Source of the DNA: an uncultured Acidobacteriota bacterium
Lineage (GTDB): Bacteria > Acidobacteriota > Thermoanaerobaculia > UBA5066 > DATFVB01
Length of the DNA stretch: 64,000 nucleotides
Direction of reading: 5' to 3'
Assembly (NCBI GenBank): GCA_963813155.1
Contig: CAWEYG010000006.1
Location: 1-64,000, forward strand
Positions 30,939 through 42,207 of this stretch are shown here, one piece after another (positions within the stretch are counted from its first letter, which is position 1; each line of letters starts with the position of its first letter). The notes beneath the pieces were generated by a model. It did no database searches and was not told where the DNA came from. It saw only the letters and a program-made list of their open reading frames with translations. Both the position numbers and the translations under genes were made by a program.

Positions 30939-31867
30939 ATGACATCCCCTCTCGTCTCCGTCGTCACCAGCGTCTACAACGGTGAACGCTACCTCAGCGA
31001 ATCGATCGAAAGCGTTCTCGCTCAGCAGGGAGTCGAGCCGGAGTTGATCGTCGTCGACGACGGCTCGACGGATCAAACCGGCGCGATCCTGGATGAAATG
31101 GCGCGCGGCAGCTCCCGGCTGCGGGTGATTCGCCAGGCGAACGCCGGACTCACGAAGGCCCTGATTCGAGGGTGCGATGAGGCAAGCGGGAAAGTACCTC
31201 GCGCGCCACGACGCCGACGATTTGAGCTTGCCGGGGCGCCTCGCCGCCCAGGCCGCTCTGCTCGACCGCGAGCCGGGAGTGTCCTTCGTCTCGAGCTGGG
31301 CGAAAGTCCTTGGTCCCAACGGGGAGCTACTCGACGAAATCGTTCGGAAGAACCCCGTCCCCTCGAGTCTCCGGGAGGGAGAAGGCCCCTGCGGCCATGG
31401 ATCGGTGATGATGCGCCGCGAGGCCTACGTTCGAGCCGGCGGGTACAGGTCCGCAGTTTCGATTCGCCCAGGACTGGGACCTGTGGTGGAGACTGGCGGA
31501 GCAGGGAGCATTTTCCGTCATTCCCGAGTTCCTCTACGCGTACCGGTTCGACGACTCCGGCATGTCGGCTGCCCACCGGGATCTCCAGCGCCGTTTCGGG
31601 TCGATCGCGGCCGGATGCGCGGCGGCCCGGTCGGAACGACGGCCCGAAGACGCGCTCCTGGCCGAGGCGGAGAGCTTGTCGCGACAACGCCCGAGGGCGC
31701 GCGTCTCGCCGGCGGCGGCGGACTATTTCATCGGGAGATCCCTCGTGCTTCGCGGCGATCCCGCCGCCCGGGCGTACCTTTGGAAAACCGTTCGCCGTGA
31801 GCCGTGGAGGATCCGGGCGTGGGTCTCGTTGCTGCAATCCCGGGCGCGGCAGGGTTTTCTCCGTTGA
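30939..31867 (+). CDS. Glycosyltransferase family 2, frameshifted
   Basis: PLVSVVTSVYNGE, VVDDGSTD, NAGLTKAL, ARHDADD, HGSVM, QDWDLW. Confidence 0.82.
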
Positions 31868-33060
31868 CGCTTCGCCTCGCCATGGTGGTGAGCCATCCGA
31901 TCCAGCACTACGCGCCGATGTATCGCGAGATCGCGGCGCTGGCGGAAGTCGACCTTCGGGTCTTTTTCGCCTGCCGGTGGGGAGTCGACAGCTACCATGA
32001 CCCGGAGTTCGGCCGCGCGGTCCAGTGGGACGTGCCCCTGACGGAGGGCTACGACCACGAATTCTTGCCGATCGAGTCGGCCGCCAGCCCAAATCAGCTT
32101 TTGGCAGATCGACAATCCCGCAATCGGGAACGCTCTGTCGAAATTCGATCCCGACGTCGTCTGCGTTCACGGCTACGCGCAGCGCACGCTCTGGCGGGCG
32201 ATCGGCTGGGCTCGGCGCAACCGGCGGCCCGTTCTGCTTTACGGCGACTCCAGCGCATCGACTCGCACCCCATGGCACAAGCGAGTTCTCAAGAGCGTGG
32301 TGGTCACCGAGATTTATCGCCGGATCGACGGGGCGATGGCCGTCGGCGACCGGAATCGCGAATACCACCGGCGGTTCGGCATGCCGGAGGAGCGGCTCTT
32401 CCCGGGGGTTCTGCCCGTTGATGCGAAGCGAATTCTCGCGGCCGTGCCGGACCGCGAGTCCGCGCGGATGGAAATCCGGCGCAGCTTCGGCATCTCTCCC
32501 GAAGCTTTCGTCGTGTTTTTCGCCGGAAAATACGTGCCCTGGAAGCGGCCTCTCGACCTTTCGGGAGCAGTCTCGCTTCTGACTAGTCGCGGCCGCGACG
32601 TCGTCGGGTTATTCGCGGGGGACGGCCCGCTGGCGCCCGAAATCGAGGCCGCGGCGCGGGCGATCGGAGGCAACCGAATCGTTCTTGCGGGTTTCGTGAA
32701 TCAGGCGGAGATTCCGCGGCTGTACGCGGCGGCGGACGTTCTCGCGGTGCCGTCGGAGCGGGACTCCCATCCGCTCGCGGTCAGCGAGGCAGCGACGCTC
32801 GGCGTTCCGTCCATTCTCAGCGAGCGATGCGGCTGCATCGGCGAGAACGACGTGGCGCGCCCCGGTGAAACGGCCTGGTGCACGAATGCGGCGACGTCGA
32901 AGGGTTGGCGGCGGCGATCGAACGGCTGGCCGCGGATCGCGAGCTCCTCGGCCGCCTGGGCTCCCGTGCACGCGAGGTCGCGGCGACCCAGGACGTCAAA
33001 CCCGCGGCAAAGCTCTTCACCGAGGCCGCGAAGAAACTGGCGGAGATGGGGCCAAGGTGA
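31864..33060 (+). CDS. Glycosyltransferase family 4, frameshifted
   Basis: SHPIQHYAP, FAGK..KRPLD, GFVNQ, PS..DSHPLAVSEA. Confidence 0.8.
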
Positions 33061-33062
33061 GA

Positions 33063-33558
33063 CGTCATCGCGAGCGGCCTTCCCCCTCTCCAGGTGGAGA
33101 GGGGGCGGCCAGGTTCAGGCCCGAGCGATCCTGGCGCGGACCGAGGCAATGGAGTCATGAATTTCGTCGTTTGAGAAACGCAAGACCTGAATTCCCCGTG
33201 AGAGAAGATAGCGGTCTCGCTCGGCGTCCCGCTCACGGCTGGAATGGCGGATCGGGCCGTCTACTTCGACAGCGACATTTGCGATCTATCGCAACAGTCA
33301 GCGAACATCTAGAATGAAGGGGCCAACCGGCGTGCTGACGTGTCGGAATCGAAGGTCCCATGAAACTCTTCACCTCTGAGCTCCTCCCAGAGGGTTGCCT
33401 CAGCCGATCGTTCGGGCGAGACCGAAAATCAAGGCAGGATCACGTCGAGCTGGTCCCCAATGATCACCGGCGATGAACCCCACCTGGGAGCTCTTTCCGA
33501 TCCACGTCACGATTAGCACGATTGCCGCGGTCGGCCTTCGGCCTCCCTCGCAATGACA
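33063..33558. mobile_element. Composite relic: family B ends enclosing a family A hairpin and a degenerate GIY-YIG nuclease fragment
   Basis: Left end gtcatcgcgag at 33064, family A hairpin 33082-33106, KIKAGSRR / MNPTWELF at 33425-33496, right end ctcgcaatgac at 33547-33557. Confidence 0.55.
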
Positions 33559-33565
33559 GCGAGTG

Positions 33566-34463
33566 ATGGGGCTGAGCTTCTCCATCGTCATCCCCACCTA
33601 TCGGCGCGAAGCGGTCCTCGTTGCGACGCTCGACGCGCTGCTTCGCCTGCGCGAGCCGGCGGACGAAGTGCTGATTGTCGATCAGACCCCCGTGCACGAA
33701 GAAGCAACCGAGAGGGAGCTCGCGGCGTGGGAAGGAAACGGACGCATCCGTCGGATACGTCTGCCGCGACCCTCAATTCCCAAAGCGATGAACGAGGGTC
33801 TGCGCGAGGCGCGGGGAGAGATCGCTCTTTTCCTGGACGACGACATCATCCCCGGCGAGGAGCTCGTCTCCGCTCATCGCGACGCCCACGCCGCAAGCGG
33901 AAACACGATCGTGGCCGGACAGGTCCTTCAGCCGGGAGAGGAGGCAATCGGCGGCCGGGAGCGACGACGCATTCCGGTTCTGCCACAGCGGACCTCGATG
34001 GCTCGAGGAGTTCATGGGGGGAAATTTCTCGATCGACAGGAAAGCCGCGTTGAGCCTCGGGGGTTTCGACGAAAACTTCGTCGGCGGAGGATATCGATTC
34101 GAGCGCGATTTCGCCCGAAGGTCGCTCGGGGCGGGCGTCCGGATCTACTTCGAGCCGAGGGCGAGCATCCGTCACTTGCGGGCTTCCGTGGGTGGAACGC
34201 GGGCATATGGGAACCATCTGCGGTCGGCGAGCCCCGCGCACTCCGTCGGCGAGTACTACGATTTTCTCAAGTGGTCGTCGCCCGGCAGGCTTTTTCCGAA
34301 TATTCTGGGGCGCATGTTTCGTTCGATCCGGACTCGCCATCACGCGCGGCATCCCTGGTGGATTCCGGTGACGCTCGCCGCAGAGCTCGGCGGACTCGGC
34401 TGGGCGGCTGCGCTCCGCTTGCGCGGATCGCGAAACATTCAAAGTCCCGGAGCTCGCCCATGA
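33566..34463 (+). CDS. Glycosyltransferase family 2, frameshifted
   Basis: SIVIPTYRR, VDQT, FLDDD, GGNFS, GGFDENF, EPRA..H..GGTR. Confidence 0.82.
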
Positions 34464-35911
34464 TGGAGATGGTCATCCTCCTGGGGGTGTTTGGGCTGCT
34501 GATTTGTTTCGCGAGCCCGCCAATCGGGATGTTCATCACCCTGGCAGTGGGATTTCTCGCCGATCCCCTGCGAAAGACGTTGCCCGGCGAACCGGTCTTT
34601 CTCGTGGCCGTCGTGGCGATCTTCGCGGGAGTGACCTTTTTCGGGGCCGTGGTCCGAGGCGTCTTGCCTCCGCCAAAGGTGCTGCTGGCCCGCACGGGCC
34701 GGATGCGTCGGCCGATCCTCTTCTTTCTGGCGCTCGTCCTCGCCCAGAGCGCGATTTCTTTGGTCAGAACCGGAAGCCCGGTCATCGCGGGGATCGGAGT
34801 TCTCGCCTATACGGCGCCCATTCCCGCGGTCCTTCTTGGCTACGCGGCCGGCAGTTCCCAGCGCTCAATGATCCGGATCATCTCCTTCTACGTTTTGGTC
34901 GTCGCGATTTTCGCGTCCGGAATCTATCTGGACGTGGCGGGCTGGCACAATCGGCTCTTCTACGGAGTGGGGGAAGAGTTGATGGTGTATTCGCCCACGA
35001 CCGGGGAGGCGATGCAGCTCTTCTGCGGCCTTTTTCGCACCTCGGAGATCGCCGCGTGGCACTGCGCGACCGCTGCCTGCTTTCTGATCATTTTGGCCGC
35101 GGCCTACCGGCGGAAACCGCAGATGGTTGCGCTGGCCGGCCTGGGAAGCGTCTATTTGTTCGTCGCGATCGTGTTCACCGGGAGGCGAAAGGCCTTTGCG
35201 GCGGTCGTCCTGTTCGGCCTGCTCTTCGGTCTGTTCCTCCTCCGCCATCGCCGCAGCCCGCGCACCCTGATCGCAGTCTTCGTCGTCGCGATCACGGGAG
35301 CCGCCCTTTTCGGAGAAACAGCCATCTTTTCGGAGAACTTCGCGACCCGATATCAGATGTACTTCGAGAGAGAGCAGACAACGACGCCCACGTCGGCCGT
35401 CGAGAGACTGAAAGACATGACGGTCGATTCGGTCGGCTACACGGTTCGCCAGAACGGTTTCTTCGGCGTCGGCGCGGGAGTCGGCAGCCAGGGCGCCCAG
35501 CACTTCGGCGGCGGAGCGGAGGTCGTCGGCGGCTCTGCCGAAGGAGGACTGGGAAAGATTCTTGCCGAGCTCGGCGTTCCCGGGTTCGCCCTCATCCTGT
35601 GGATCGGATATCTGACATTTCGCCGTTTGATGAGAGAAATCCGCCGATTCGGCAGGACCGAATCGGTGCCGGCGGTTCTCAGCCTCGGATTGATAGCGCT
35701 GATCGCGACAAATGCGATCGAGTTCGTCACTGCCCATCAAGCCTTTGGCGATCCCTTCGTTCTGCTCATGCTCGGGTGGATGCTGGGCATTCTTCTCGGC
35801 CTTCTCCGCCGGGAGCGGGCCGCGCGCCGGCCCGCCCCGAGGTTGCCGCAGGCCCGGAAAGGGCCGTCGGCCATTCTCCCGAAGCCGATTCTCGGAATCG
35901 AGGGGTTCTGA
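34460..35911 (+). CDS. Wzy/WaaL-like polytopic membrane protein (putative polymerase or ligase)
   Basis: About 12 TM segments, DPLRK, TGRRK, GVGAGVGSQG, ELGVPG. Confidence 0.6.
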   Translation: MMEMVILLGVFGLLICFASPPIGMFITLAVGFLADPLRKTLPGEPVFLVAVVAIFAGVTFFGAVVRGVLPPPKVLLARTGRMRRPILFFLALVLAQSAISLVRTGSPVIAGIGVLAYTAPIPAVLLGYAAGSSQRSMIRIISFYVLVVAIFASGIYLDVAGWHNRLFYGVGEELMVYSPTTGEAMQLFCGLFRTSEIAAWHCATAACFLIILAAAYRRKPQMVALAGLGSVYLFVAIVFTGRRKAFAAVVLFGLLFGLFLLRHRRSPRTLIAVFVVAITGAALFGETAIFSENFATRYQMYFEREQTTTPTSAVERLKDMTVDSVGYTVRQNGFFGVGAGVGSQGAQHFGGGAEVVGGSAEGGLGKILAELGVPGFALILWIGYLTFRRLMREIRRFGRTESVPAVLSLGLIALIATNAIEFVTAHQAFGDPFVLLMLGWMLGILLGLLRRERAARRPAPRLPQARKGPSAILPKPILGIEGF

Positions 35912-37289
35912 AGATCCTCCACGTGATCCCGTCGACTGCGGCGAGAGACGGTGGGCCCAGCATGGTCGTCTTGAAGATGTCCGCGGAGCTTCGGCGCTGC
36001 GGCGCCGACGCTGCAATTGCGACAACGGACGCCGACGGCCCGGGCCGGCTGCCGGTTCGTTGCGGCACGATGCGCGAGCACGAAGGCATTCCGATGATCT
36101 TTTTCCACCGGCGGTTCTCGGAATCGTTCAAGTATTCGAGGCCGTTCGCGACGTGGCTGGGAAAGCATGTCGCGGAATTCGACGCCGTTCACATCCACGG
36201 CGTTTTCTCGCATTCGTGTCTGGCCGCGGCGCGAGCCTGCCGGCGAGGCTCCGTTCCCTACATTGTCCGCCCGCTCGGAGCGCTCGAGCGGTGGAGCCTT
36301 CGCCAGAAGCCCGTCCGCAAGCGAATCGCTCTTGCCCTGGGAGCGCGAAAGATGCTGGCGGAGGCCGCGGCGGTCCACTACACGACGGAGCGAGAGCGCA
36401 GGGAATCGGAGCGGATGCTCGAGCTGTCGAACGGGGTCGTGATTCCGTTGGGGGTGGACCCGCCTTCGCTCTCACCGAGCTTCGGCGCGGTTCCTCCCCA
36501 AAATCGAGCAATCGAGCAATCCAGCAATCGAGCAATGAATATTCTTTTTCTTTCGCGCTTGCATCCGAAGAAGGGGATCGAGCTGTTGTTGGAGGCGTTT
36601 GCGACGGTCGGACCGTCACCCCGCGAAGGGGGGCGCGGGGGAAGTCGCGAGGCCACCCCGTGATCGCCGGCTCGGGCGAGCCGGCCTACGAGGAGGAGCT
36701 TCGTCGTCTCGCGGAATCGCTGGGAATCGCCGAACGAGTGTCGTTCTCCGGATGGCTCGACGGCGAGGCGAAGGCCACCGCGCTCGCGGGGGCGGACCTC
36801 TACGTTCTGCCCTCCGCGCAGGAGAATTTCGGCCTGTCGGTTCTGGAAGCGATGGCCGCCGGCGTGCCGGTGGCCGTGAGCCGCGAGGTCGATCTGTCGG
36901 ACGACATCGAATTGGCCGGAGCCGGATGGGTATTCGAGCGAACCCCTTCATCGCTCACGGCCGTTCTTCGGGAAGCGCTTTCCGGGGAAGAAGAGCGCCG
37001 CTCCCGGGGGAGCCGCGGCCGGGAGCTCGTCGAACAGCGATATCAGTGGCCGGGAATCACGATGGAGTTGCAGAGCCTCTATCGGTCGATAACCGACGCC
37101 AGACCGCCCGTCCTCACCCCCCCGGCCCCCTCTCCAGCATCTGGAGAGGGGGAGAGATCCTATCCCTCTCCACTTGGTGGAGAGGGGGGACCGCCGCAGC
37201 GGTGGGTGAGGCCGTGGCCACCTCCGTCTCCGCGATCGTCCTCACTTTCAACGAGGAAAAGAATCTTCCCGATTGCCTGGAGAGCTTGA
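35908..37289 (+). CDS. Glycosyltransferase family 4, frameshifted, 3' end uncertain (runs into a repeat)
   Basis: KILHVIP..GGP, HIHGVF, FLSRLHPKKG, PSAQENFGLSVLEAMAAGVPV. Confidence 0.82.
36502..36540. repeat. Intragenic 8-bp tandem repeat AATC(G/C)AGC
   Basis: Four units, aatcgagc aatcgagc aatccagc aatcgagc, in the GT4 interdomain linker. Confidence 0.85.
37112..37211. repeat. Family A hairpin repeat, double copy
   Basis: CCTCACCCC..CCCCCTCTCCAGCATCTGGAGAGGGGG..CCCTCTCCACTTGGTGGAGAGGG..GGTGAGG. Confidence 0.85.
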
Positions 37290-38098
37290 AGGGCGTCGCG
37301 GACGAAGTCTTCGTCGTCGATTCCGGCAGCACCGACGCGACCCGCGAGATCGCGGTCCGGTACGGCGCGAGGGTGGTCGAGCACGCTTTCGAGAACTATG
37401 CGTTGCAGCGGAACTGGGCGATCGACAATCTTCCGCTTTCAGGCGCCTGGATCCTTCACCTCGACGCCGACGAGAGACTCACTCCCGGATCTGTGCAGCG
37501 AGATGCCTGGAGCATCTTCCCGGAGCCAGGATGGCGTGACGGGTTTCTCTTTCGGAAACGTCCGATTTTCATGGGGCGGTGGATCCGGCATGGCGGCCAT
37601 TACCCGTCGTTCCATCTGCGGCTCATTCGAAAGGCGAAGGGGACGGTGCGAGGATCGTCTTTATGACCAGCATTTCCGTCGTCGGCGGCGAGGTGCGCGG
37701 CTCTTCGACACGACTATCTGGACGTGATCGCTTCTGATCTGGACACCTGGACGGAACGCCACCTTCGCTGGGCGAAGCTCGAAGCGGAAGAAATTCAGTC
37801 GAGCGCTTCAAATAAGGCGTTGCGTGTGCGAGCCGAGTTCTCTGGCGATCCCATCCAGAGGCGTCGATGGCTTCGCGACAAGGCCTATCTTCGCGGCCCG
37901 TTATTTTTTCGGGCGTTTGCTTACTTCTTCTATCGGTACGTCATCCGCCTTGGCTTTCTGGACGGGAAGGAAGGCTTGATTTTTCATTTTCTTCAGGGGT
38001 GCTGGTACCGGTTCCTCGTGGACGTGACTATTGACCAGCAGCGGAGATTCTCGAAGGTCTCGAAGGTCTCGAAGGTTTCGAAGGGGAGACGCGGGTGA
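37214..38098 (+). CDS. Glycosyltransferase family 2, frameshifted
   Basis: SAIVLTFNEEKN, VVDSGSTD, QRNWA, LDADE, RLGFLDGKEG. The C-terminus contains a 9-bp tandem repeat (SKV)n at 38051-38086. Confidence 0.85.
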
Positions 38099-38667
38099 AG
38101 ACTTTCCTCTTCATTCTCCTTCTTCCCAGTCTCGTCGTCATCTTTCTCGTCACGCCCGCCGGGCACACCGTGCTGATGAGGGCAGGCCAGTGGCTTGTCG
38201 TCACGACGCCTGTTCACCGCGCCGACGTCATCGTGGCCCTCGGCGGGGACCGCGCGCGCCAGGAAAAAGCCGCCGAGCTCTATCGGCAGGGGTTGGCGCC
38301 ATTCGTCCTCTTCACGGGCGCGGATGCCCGCAATCGCGACTACGGGTGTCTCGGAATTCCGCCGGAAGCAGCGCTCGCCGTTCCGCGGCCGGTCTTCACG
38401 ACGAACGCCGAAGGGGATACCGTCCGCGAGATCGTGGACAAGAACCGGTACCGCTCGATCCTCCTCGTCACCTCGCCGTACCATTCGCGGCGTGCGCTGG
38501 CCGTCTTCCAGAAGGAATTCCGAGGCAAGCCCGTCGAGGTGCTGCTGACGACCTGCGATCCGCCCGCCTTTCTGGATCATGTCTGGTGGAGATCGCATAT
38601 GGGAGTGAAGACGATTCTTACGGAGTATTTCGGGATGAGCTATTACTGGCTTAAGGGATTCGTGTGA
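38095..38667 (+). CDS. YdcF/DUF218 (ElyC/SanA-like) protein
   Basis: ADVIVALGG..R, LFTG, TT..E, LLVTSPYHSRRA. Confidence 0.85.
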   Translation: MKTFLFILLLPSLVVIFLVTPAGHTVLMRAGQWLVVTTPVHRADVIVALGGDRARQEKAAELYRQGLAPFVLFTGADARNRDYGCLGIPPEAALAVPRPVFTTNAEGDTVREIVDKNRYRSILLVTSPYHSRRALAVFQKEFRGKPVEVLLTTCDPPAFLDHVWWRSHMGVKTILTEYFGMSYYWLKGFV

Positions 38668-38713
38668 GAAACGACCGCGAGCACCTGGGCTGGATTCGTC
38701 GGACTGGTGATTC

Positions 38714-39439
38714 TTGAGGACACCGATTCGAGAGTGGATTGTACAGAGGCTGGGTGAGCAGCGAGTGGGGTTGGCTCAGTTTCTGATTCAGACACTTCGC
38801 GGTGAGGTGTCCCGAAGAACTGGGTTCAACGGCCAGCCCGGGCGGCAGGCCCTGTTTCGCGGGCTAGTGACCGCAATTGCATTCGACGAGATCATCGAAA
38901 CTGGCACCTTCCGCGGTGACACTACAGCTTTCATGACGCGGATCTCTAGCCTACCAGTGCAGAGCAGCGAAACGTCCGCGCGCCACTATAGCTACTCGCG
39001 GTCCCGGTTTCTCTTCAACAGCAACGTTAGCGTTTATCGATCAGATTCGAGGGCGTTTCTCAGCAAATATTTCGCTGACTGCCGGAACTCAAAAAAAGCA
39101 GTATTCGTCTATCTCGACGCGCATTGGAATTCCGATTTACCGTTGTTTGATGAAACCAGAATCCTGTTCGCGAGTTCTGCCGATATCGTGGTAATGATCG
39201 ATGACTTTCAAGTGCCTGGCGATTCAGGTTATCGGTATGACAGCTATGGGGCGAGCGCAACTCTTAATCTCGAATACCTACGGCTCGAGGAGATGCCTGC
39301 GGTTCGCGTGTTTTTTCCGACGCTCCCGTCGAAAGAGGAAGGGGGCGCCCGTAGGGGATGCGTGGTCCTCGCGAGTTCCGGGCAACTGGTCGAAAAGCTT
39401 CAATCGATGAATGCTCTTCATTTGTGGTGCCAGAAGTGA
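38714..39439 (+). CDS. Hypothetical methyltransferase-like protein
   Basis: FNGQ, IIETGTFRGDTT, YLDAHW..LPL..E, IDDF. Confidence 0.55.
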   Translation: MRTPIREWIVQRLGEQRVGLAQFLIQTLRGEVSRRTGFNGQPGRQALFRGLVTAIAFDEIIETGTFRGDTTAFMTRISSLPVQSSETSARHYSYSRSRFLFNSNVSVYRSDSRAFLSKYFADCRNSKKAVFVYLDAHWNSDLPLFDETRILFASSADIVVMIDDFQVPGDSGYRYDSYGASATLNLEYLRLEEMPAVRVFFPTLPSKEEGGARRGCVVLASSGQLVEKLQSMNALHLWCQK

Positions 39440-40368
39440 ATCGTGCCGGCGTGGCTCCCGCCGAACTCAGGGGCGGGTACCAGAAGCTCAACGAATCCTT
39501 TTCCAGATCGTTCGCATTTCGATGTGGAAGAGGGGTCGGGTTTTGCGCAGAGATCGGGGGTCTTATCAAATGTATGATGCGGTGCCTCCATGGCAGGATT
39601 CGGCTCTGCGCAAGTCACGGCGGTCGCCCGACGGGGATCGCTACCGCACGGGGCCTGACGGACTACTTCGTGCCTCTTTTCCCGGAAGTAGAGATTGGCA
39701 TTCTGAACCTGTTGAACAGGCCGACCTATCCCGGAGCAGGTCGGTTCCGATGGGCTCGGCAAGCGGCTTCCCGAGTATTGCATACAACGACGGGTATCGA
39801 CTTGTTCATGATGGATGATCTTGGGCCCCTACCGGATGGTTTCACGATTCCGGAACTTGGAATCGACCTCCGATACTGGGACGCCTGCGCATACCTATCA
39901 AGGCTTCTCTGGACGTACCGCCCGGAAATCCGCGACGATGTGTTTGCGACGGTGTCTCGACTGGGCCTTCCAGATTCGTATGTGTCGGTTCACTTGCGAC
40001 GTGGCGACAAGAAAACCGAGAGCCCCTACGCTAGCGTCGAGGCCTATGCCGCAGCCTTGATTCGCGCACGGCCAGGGGGGTGTGTCTTGGCTGTTGCCTC
40101 GGATGATGGAGATGCTATTCGTAGGCTGGCAAGTTGTCTGCCAGCCGTTTTCGAGGTGATTTCTTGCTCCGATCCCAACGCGAAGGGCTATGTTCAGGGC
40201 GATTTCAATTCGTTGTCCGCTACCGTCCGATTTGCGCTAGTCAAACGATTTCTCGCCGAGTTTGAAGCGCTTCGAGGCGGAGAAGTCTTCGTGGGCTCTG
40301 CGACTTCCAACGTGACCTATCTTGTCCAGATGATGAGGGCCGGGCAGAGAGTTCTTCGAATCGACTGA
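39436..40368 (+). CDS. GT23-like (FUT8/NodZ superfamily) fucosyltransferase
   Basis: SVHLRRGDK (motif I), LAVASDD (motif II), FVGSATSNV (motif III). Confidence 0.65.
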   Translation: MNRAGVAPAELRGGYQKLNESFSRSFAFRCGRGVGFCAEIGGLIKCMMRCLHGRIRLCASHGGRPTGIATARGLTDYFVPLFPEVEIGILNLLNRPTYPGAGRFRWARQAASRVLHTTTGIDLFMMDDLGPLPDGFTIPELGIDLRYWDACAYLSRLLWTYRPEIRDDVFATVSRLGLPDSYVSVHLRRGDKKTESPYASVEAYAAALIRARPGGCVLAVASDDGDAIRRLASCLPAVFEVISCSDPNAKGYVQGDFNSLSATVRFALVKRFLAEFEALRGGEVFVGSATSNVTYLVQMMRAGQRVLRID

Positions 40369-40430
40369 CGGCCCGGAGTTGATCTGGAGGAAAAGCGCAT
40401 AACTTCGACTACTTTGGAAGGTGACTAGAA

Positions 40431-42191
40431 GTGGGATCTGTGATCCTCGGCATCAACGCTTTCCACGGCGATTCTGCCGCCGCGCTGCTCGACGAAGGCA
40501 TTTTCAAGTGCGGGGTCGAAGAGGAGCGGCTCAACAGAATCAAGCACTGGGCCGGGTTTCCCGGGCTCGCGATCCAGGCGGTGCTGGCGGATTCCGGGGC
40601 GATGCTCGCCGACGTCGAGCACGTCGCGATCTCTCGCGACCCGGCCGCGCATCTCCTCAGCAAGGTGATGTTCGCGCTTCGAAAGCGCCCCGGCCTCGAA
40701 GCGATCCGGTCGCGGCTCGCGAACCAGGGGAAGGTCCGGAACATGGGGGAGCTGCTGAACAACCTCACCTCCGCCCCTTTCCGCGGCACCATCCACAACG
40801 TCGAGCATCACCGCGCGCACCTCGCTTCGGCGTTCTTCTGTTCTCCCTTCGACCAGGCCGCCTGCCTGACGGTCGACGGCTTCGGGGACTTTCTCTCTTC
40901 GATGAGCGCCGTCGGGAAGGGGAACCGCCTGGAAAAGATCGACGACGTGATGTTTCCGCATTCGCTCGGCATTTTCTACACGGCGGTGACGCAGTATCTC
41001 GGCTTCCCGAAATACGGAGACGAGTACAAGGTGATGGGGCTCGCGTCCTATGGAAGGCCCTCGTTTCTCCCGGAGATGCGCCGGATCGTGCATCTCGAGA
41101 ACGAGGGCCAGTTCACCGTCGATCTCGACTATTTCGTCCACGCCAGCGAGGGAGCGACGATGTCGTGGGACAACGGCGAGCCGGTCATCGGCCCGCTCTG
41201 GTCGAAGAAATTCGTGGAGCTCCTCGGCGCCGCCCGGGATCCCGGAAGCGAGTTGACCGAGCGCCACCACGACCTGGCCGCGTCGCTGCAGGCGATGTAC
41301 GAGGAGACATTCTTTCACCGGGTCAACTGGCTTCAAAAAAAGACGGGTCTCACGGCGCTCTGCCTCGCCGGCGGGTGCGCAATGAATTCCGTCGCGAACG
41401 GCAAGCTCTTCGCGAAGACCGATTTTCGGGACGTCTATATCCAGAGCGCGGCCGGCGACGCCGGGACCGCCCTGGGCGCCGCGCTTTCCGTCTGGCACGA
41501 GGTTCTCGGCAAGCCGCGCGGGTTCGTGATGGAGCACTCTTACTGGGGGCCGGAGTTCGGCGATGCCGACGTTCGTCAGGCGTTGGAGGCGAGTCGGGAG
41601 GAGTTGGAGAAACAGGGCTGCCGGGTGCGAAGGATCGAAGACGTGGACACGCTGTGCCGGAGCACCGCCGAAAAGATCGCCAACGGGAAGATCGTCGGGT
41701 GGTACCAGGGGAGAAGCGAGTGGGGCCCGCGCGCGCTCGGGAATCGCTCGATCGTCGTCGATCCCCGCCGCGCCGAGATGAAAGACGTGCTGAACTCGCG
41801 CATCAAGCGGCGCGAGCCGTTTCGCCCGTTCGCGCCGTCGATTCTCGAAGAGCGTGTCGGCGACTACTTCGAGGAGTCGTACCCCGATCCCTTCATGATC
41901 AAGGTCTACCCGGTTCGTCCGGAGAAGCGTTCGGAGATTCCGGCCGTAACGCACGTCGACGGCACCGGGCGGCTTCAGACGGTGTCCCGGGCGCAGAACC
42001 CCCGATACTGGGCGCTGATCAAGGCGTTCGAGGCGCAGACGGGAGTTCCCGTCGTCCTGAACACGTCGTTCAACGAGAACGAGCCAATCGTCAACACGCC
42101 CGCCGAGGCGTTGGCGTGTTTCCTGAGAACGAAGATGGACGTGCTCGTGATGGGGGATTGGGTCGTGGAGCGGGCAAGTAGAGAGTCGTGA
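40431..42191 (+). CDS. Carbamoyltransferase, NodU/CmcH family
   Basis: HGDSAAA, EEERLNRIKH, EHHRAH, DGFGD, EYKVMGLA, AGGCAMN, GPRALGNRS, KRREPFRPFAP, HVDGTGRLQTV, LNTSFN. Confidence 0.93.
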   Translation: MGSVILGINAFHGDSAAALLDEGIFKCGVEEERLNRIKHWAGFPGLAIQAVLADSGAMLADVEHVAISRDPAAHLLSKVMFALRKRPGLEAIRSRLANQGKVRNMGELLNNLTSAPFRGTIHNVEHHRAHLASAFFCSPFDQAACLTVDGFGDFLSSMSAVGKGNRLEKIDDVMFPHSLGIFYTAVTQYLGFPKYGDEYKVMGLASYGRPSFLPEMRRIVHLENEGQFTVDLDYFVHASEGATMSWDNGEPVIGPLWSKKFVELLGAARDPGSELTERHHDLAASLQAMYEETFFHRVNWLQKKTGLTALCLAGGCAMNSVANGKLFAKTDFRDVYIQSAAGDAGTALGAALSVWHEVLGKPRGFVMEHSYWGPEFGDADVRQALEASREELEKQGCRVRRIEDVDTLCRSTAEKIANGKIVGWYQGRSEWGPRALGNRSIVVDPRRAEMKDVLNSRIKRREPFRPFAPSILEERVGDYFEESYPDPFMIKVYPVRPEKRSEIPAVTHVDGTGRLQTVSRAQNPRYWALIKAFEAQTGVPVVLNTSFNENEPIVNTPAEALACFLRTKMDVLVMGDWVVERASRES

Positions 42192-42207
42192 GTGACAGGT
42201 TCGCCTC

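Noticed and set aside
38051-38086. 9-bp tandem repeat as a phase-variation switch
   Set aside because: The unit length is a multiple of 3 and it lies at the extreme C-terminus, so copy changes would not switch expression.
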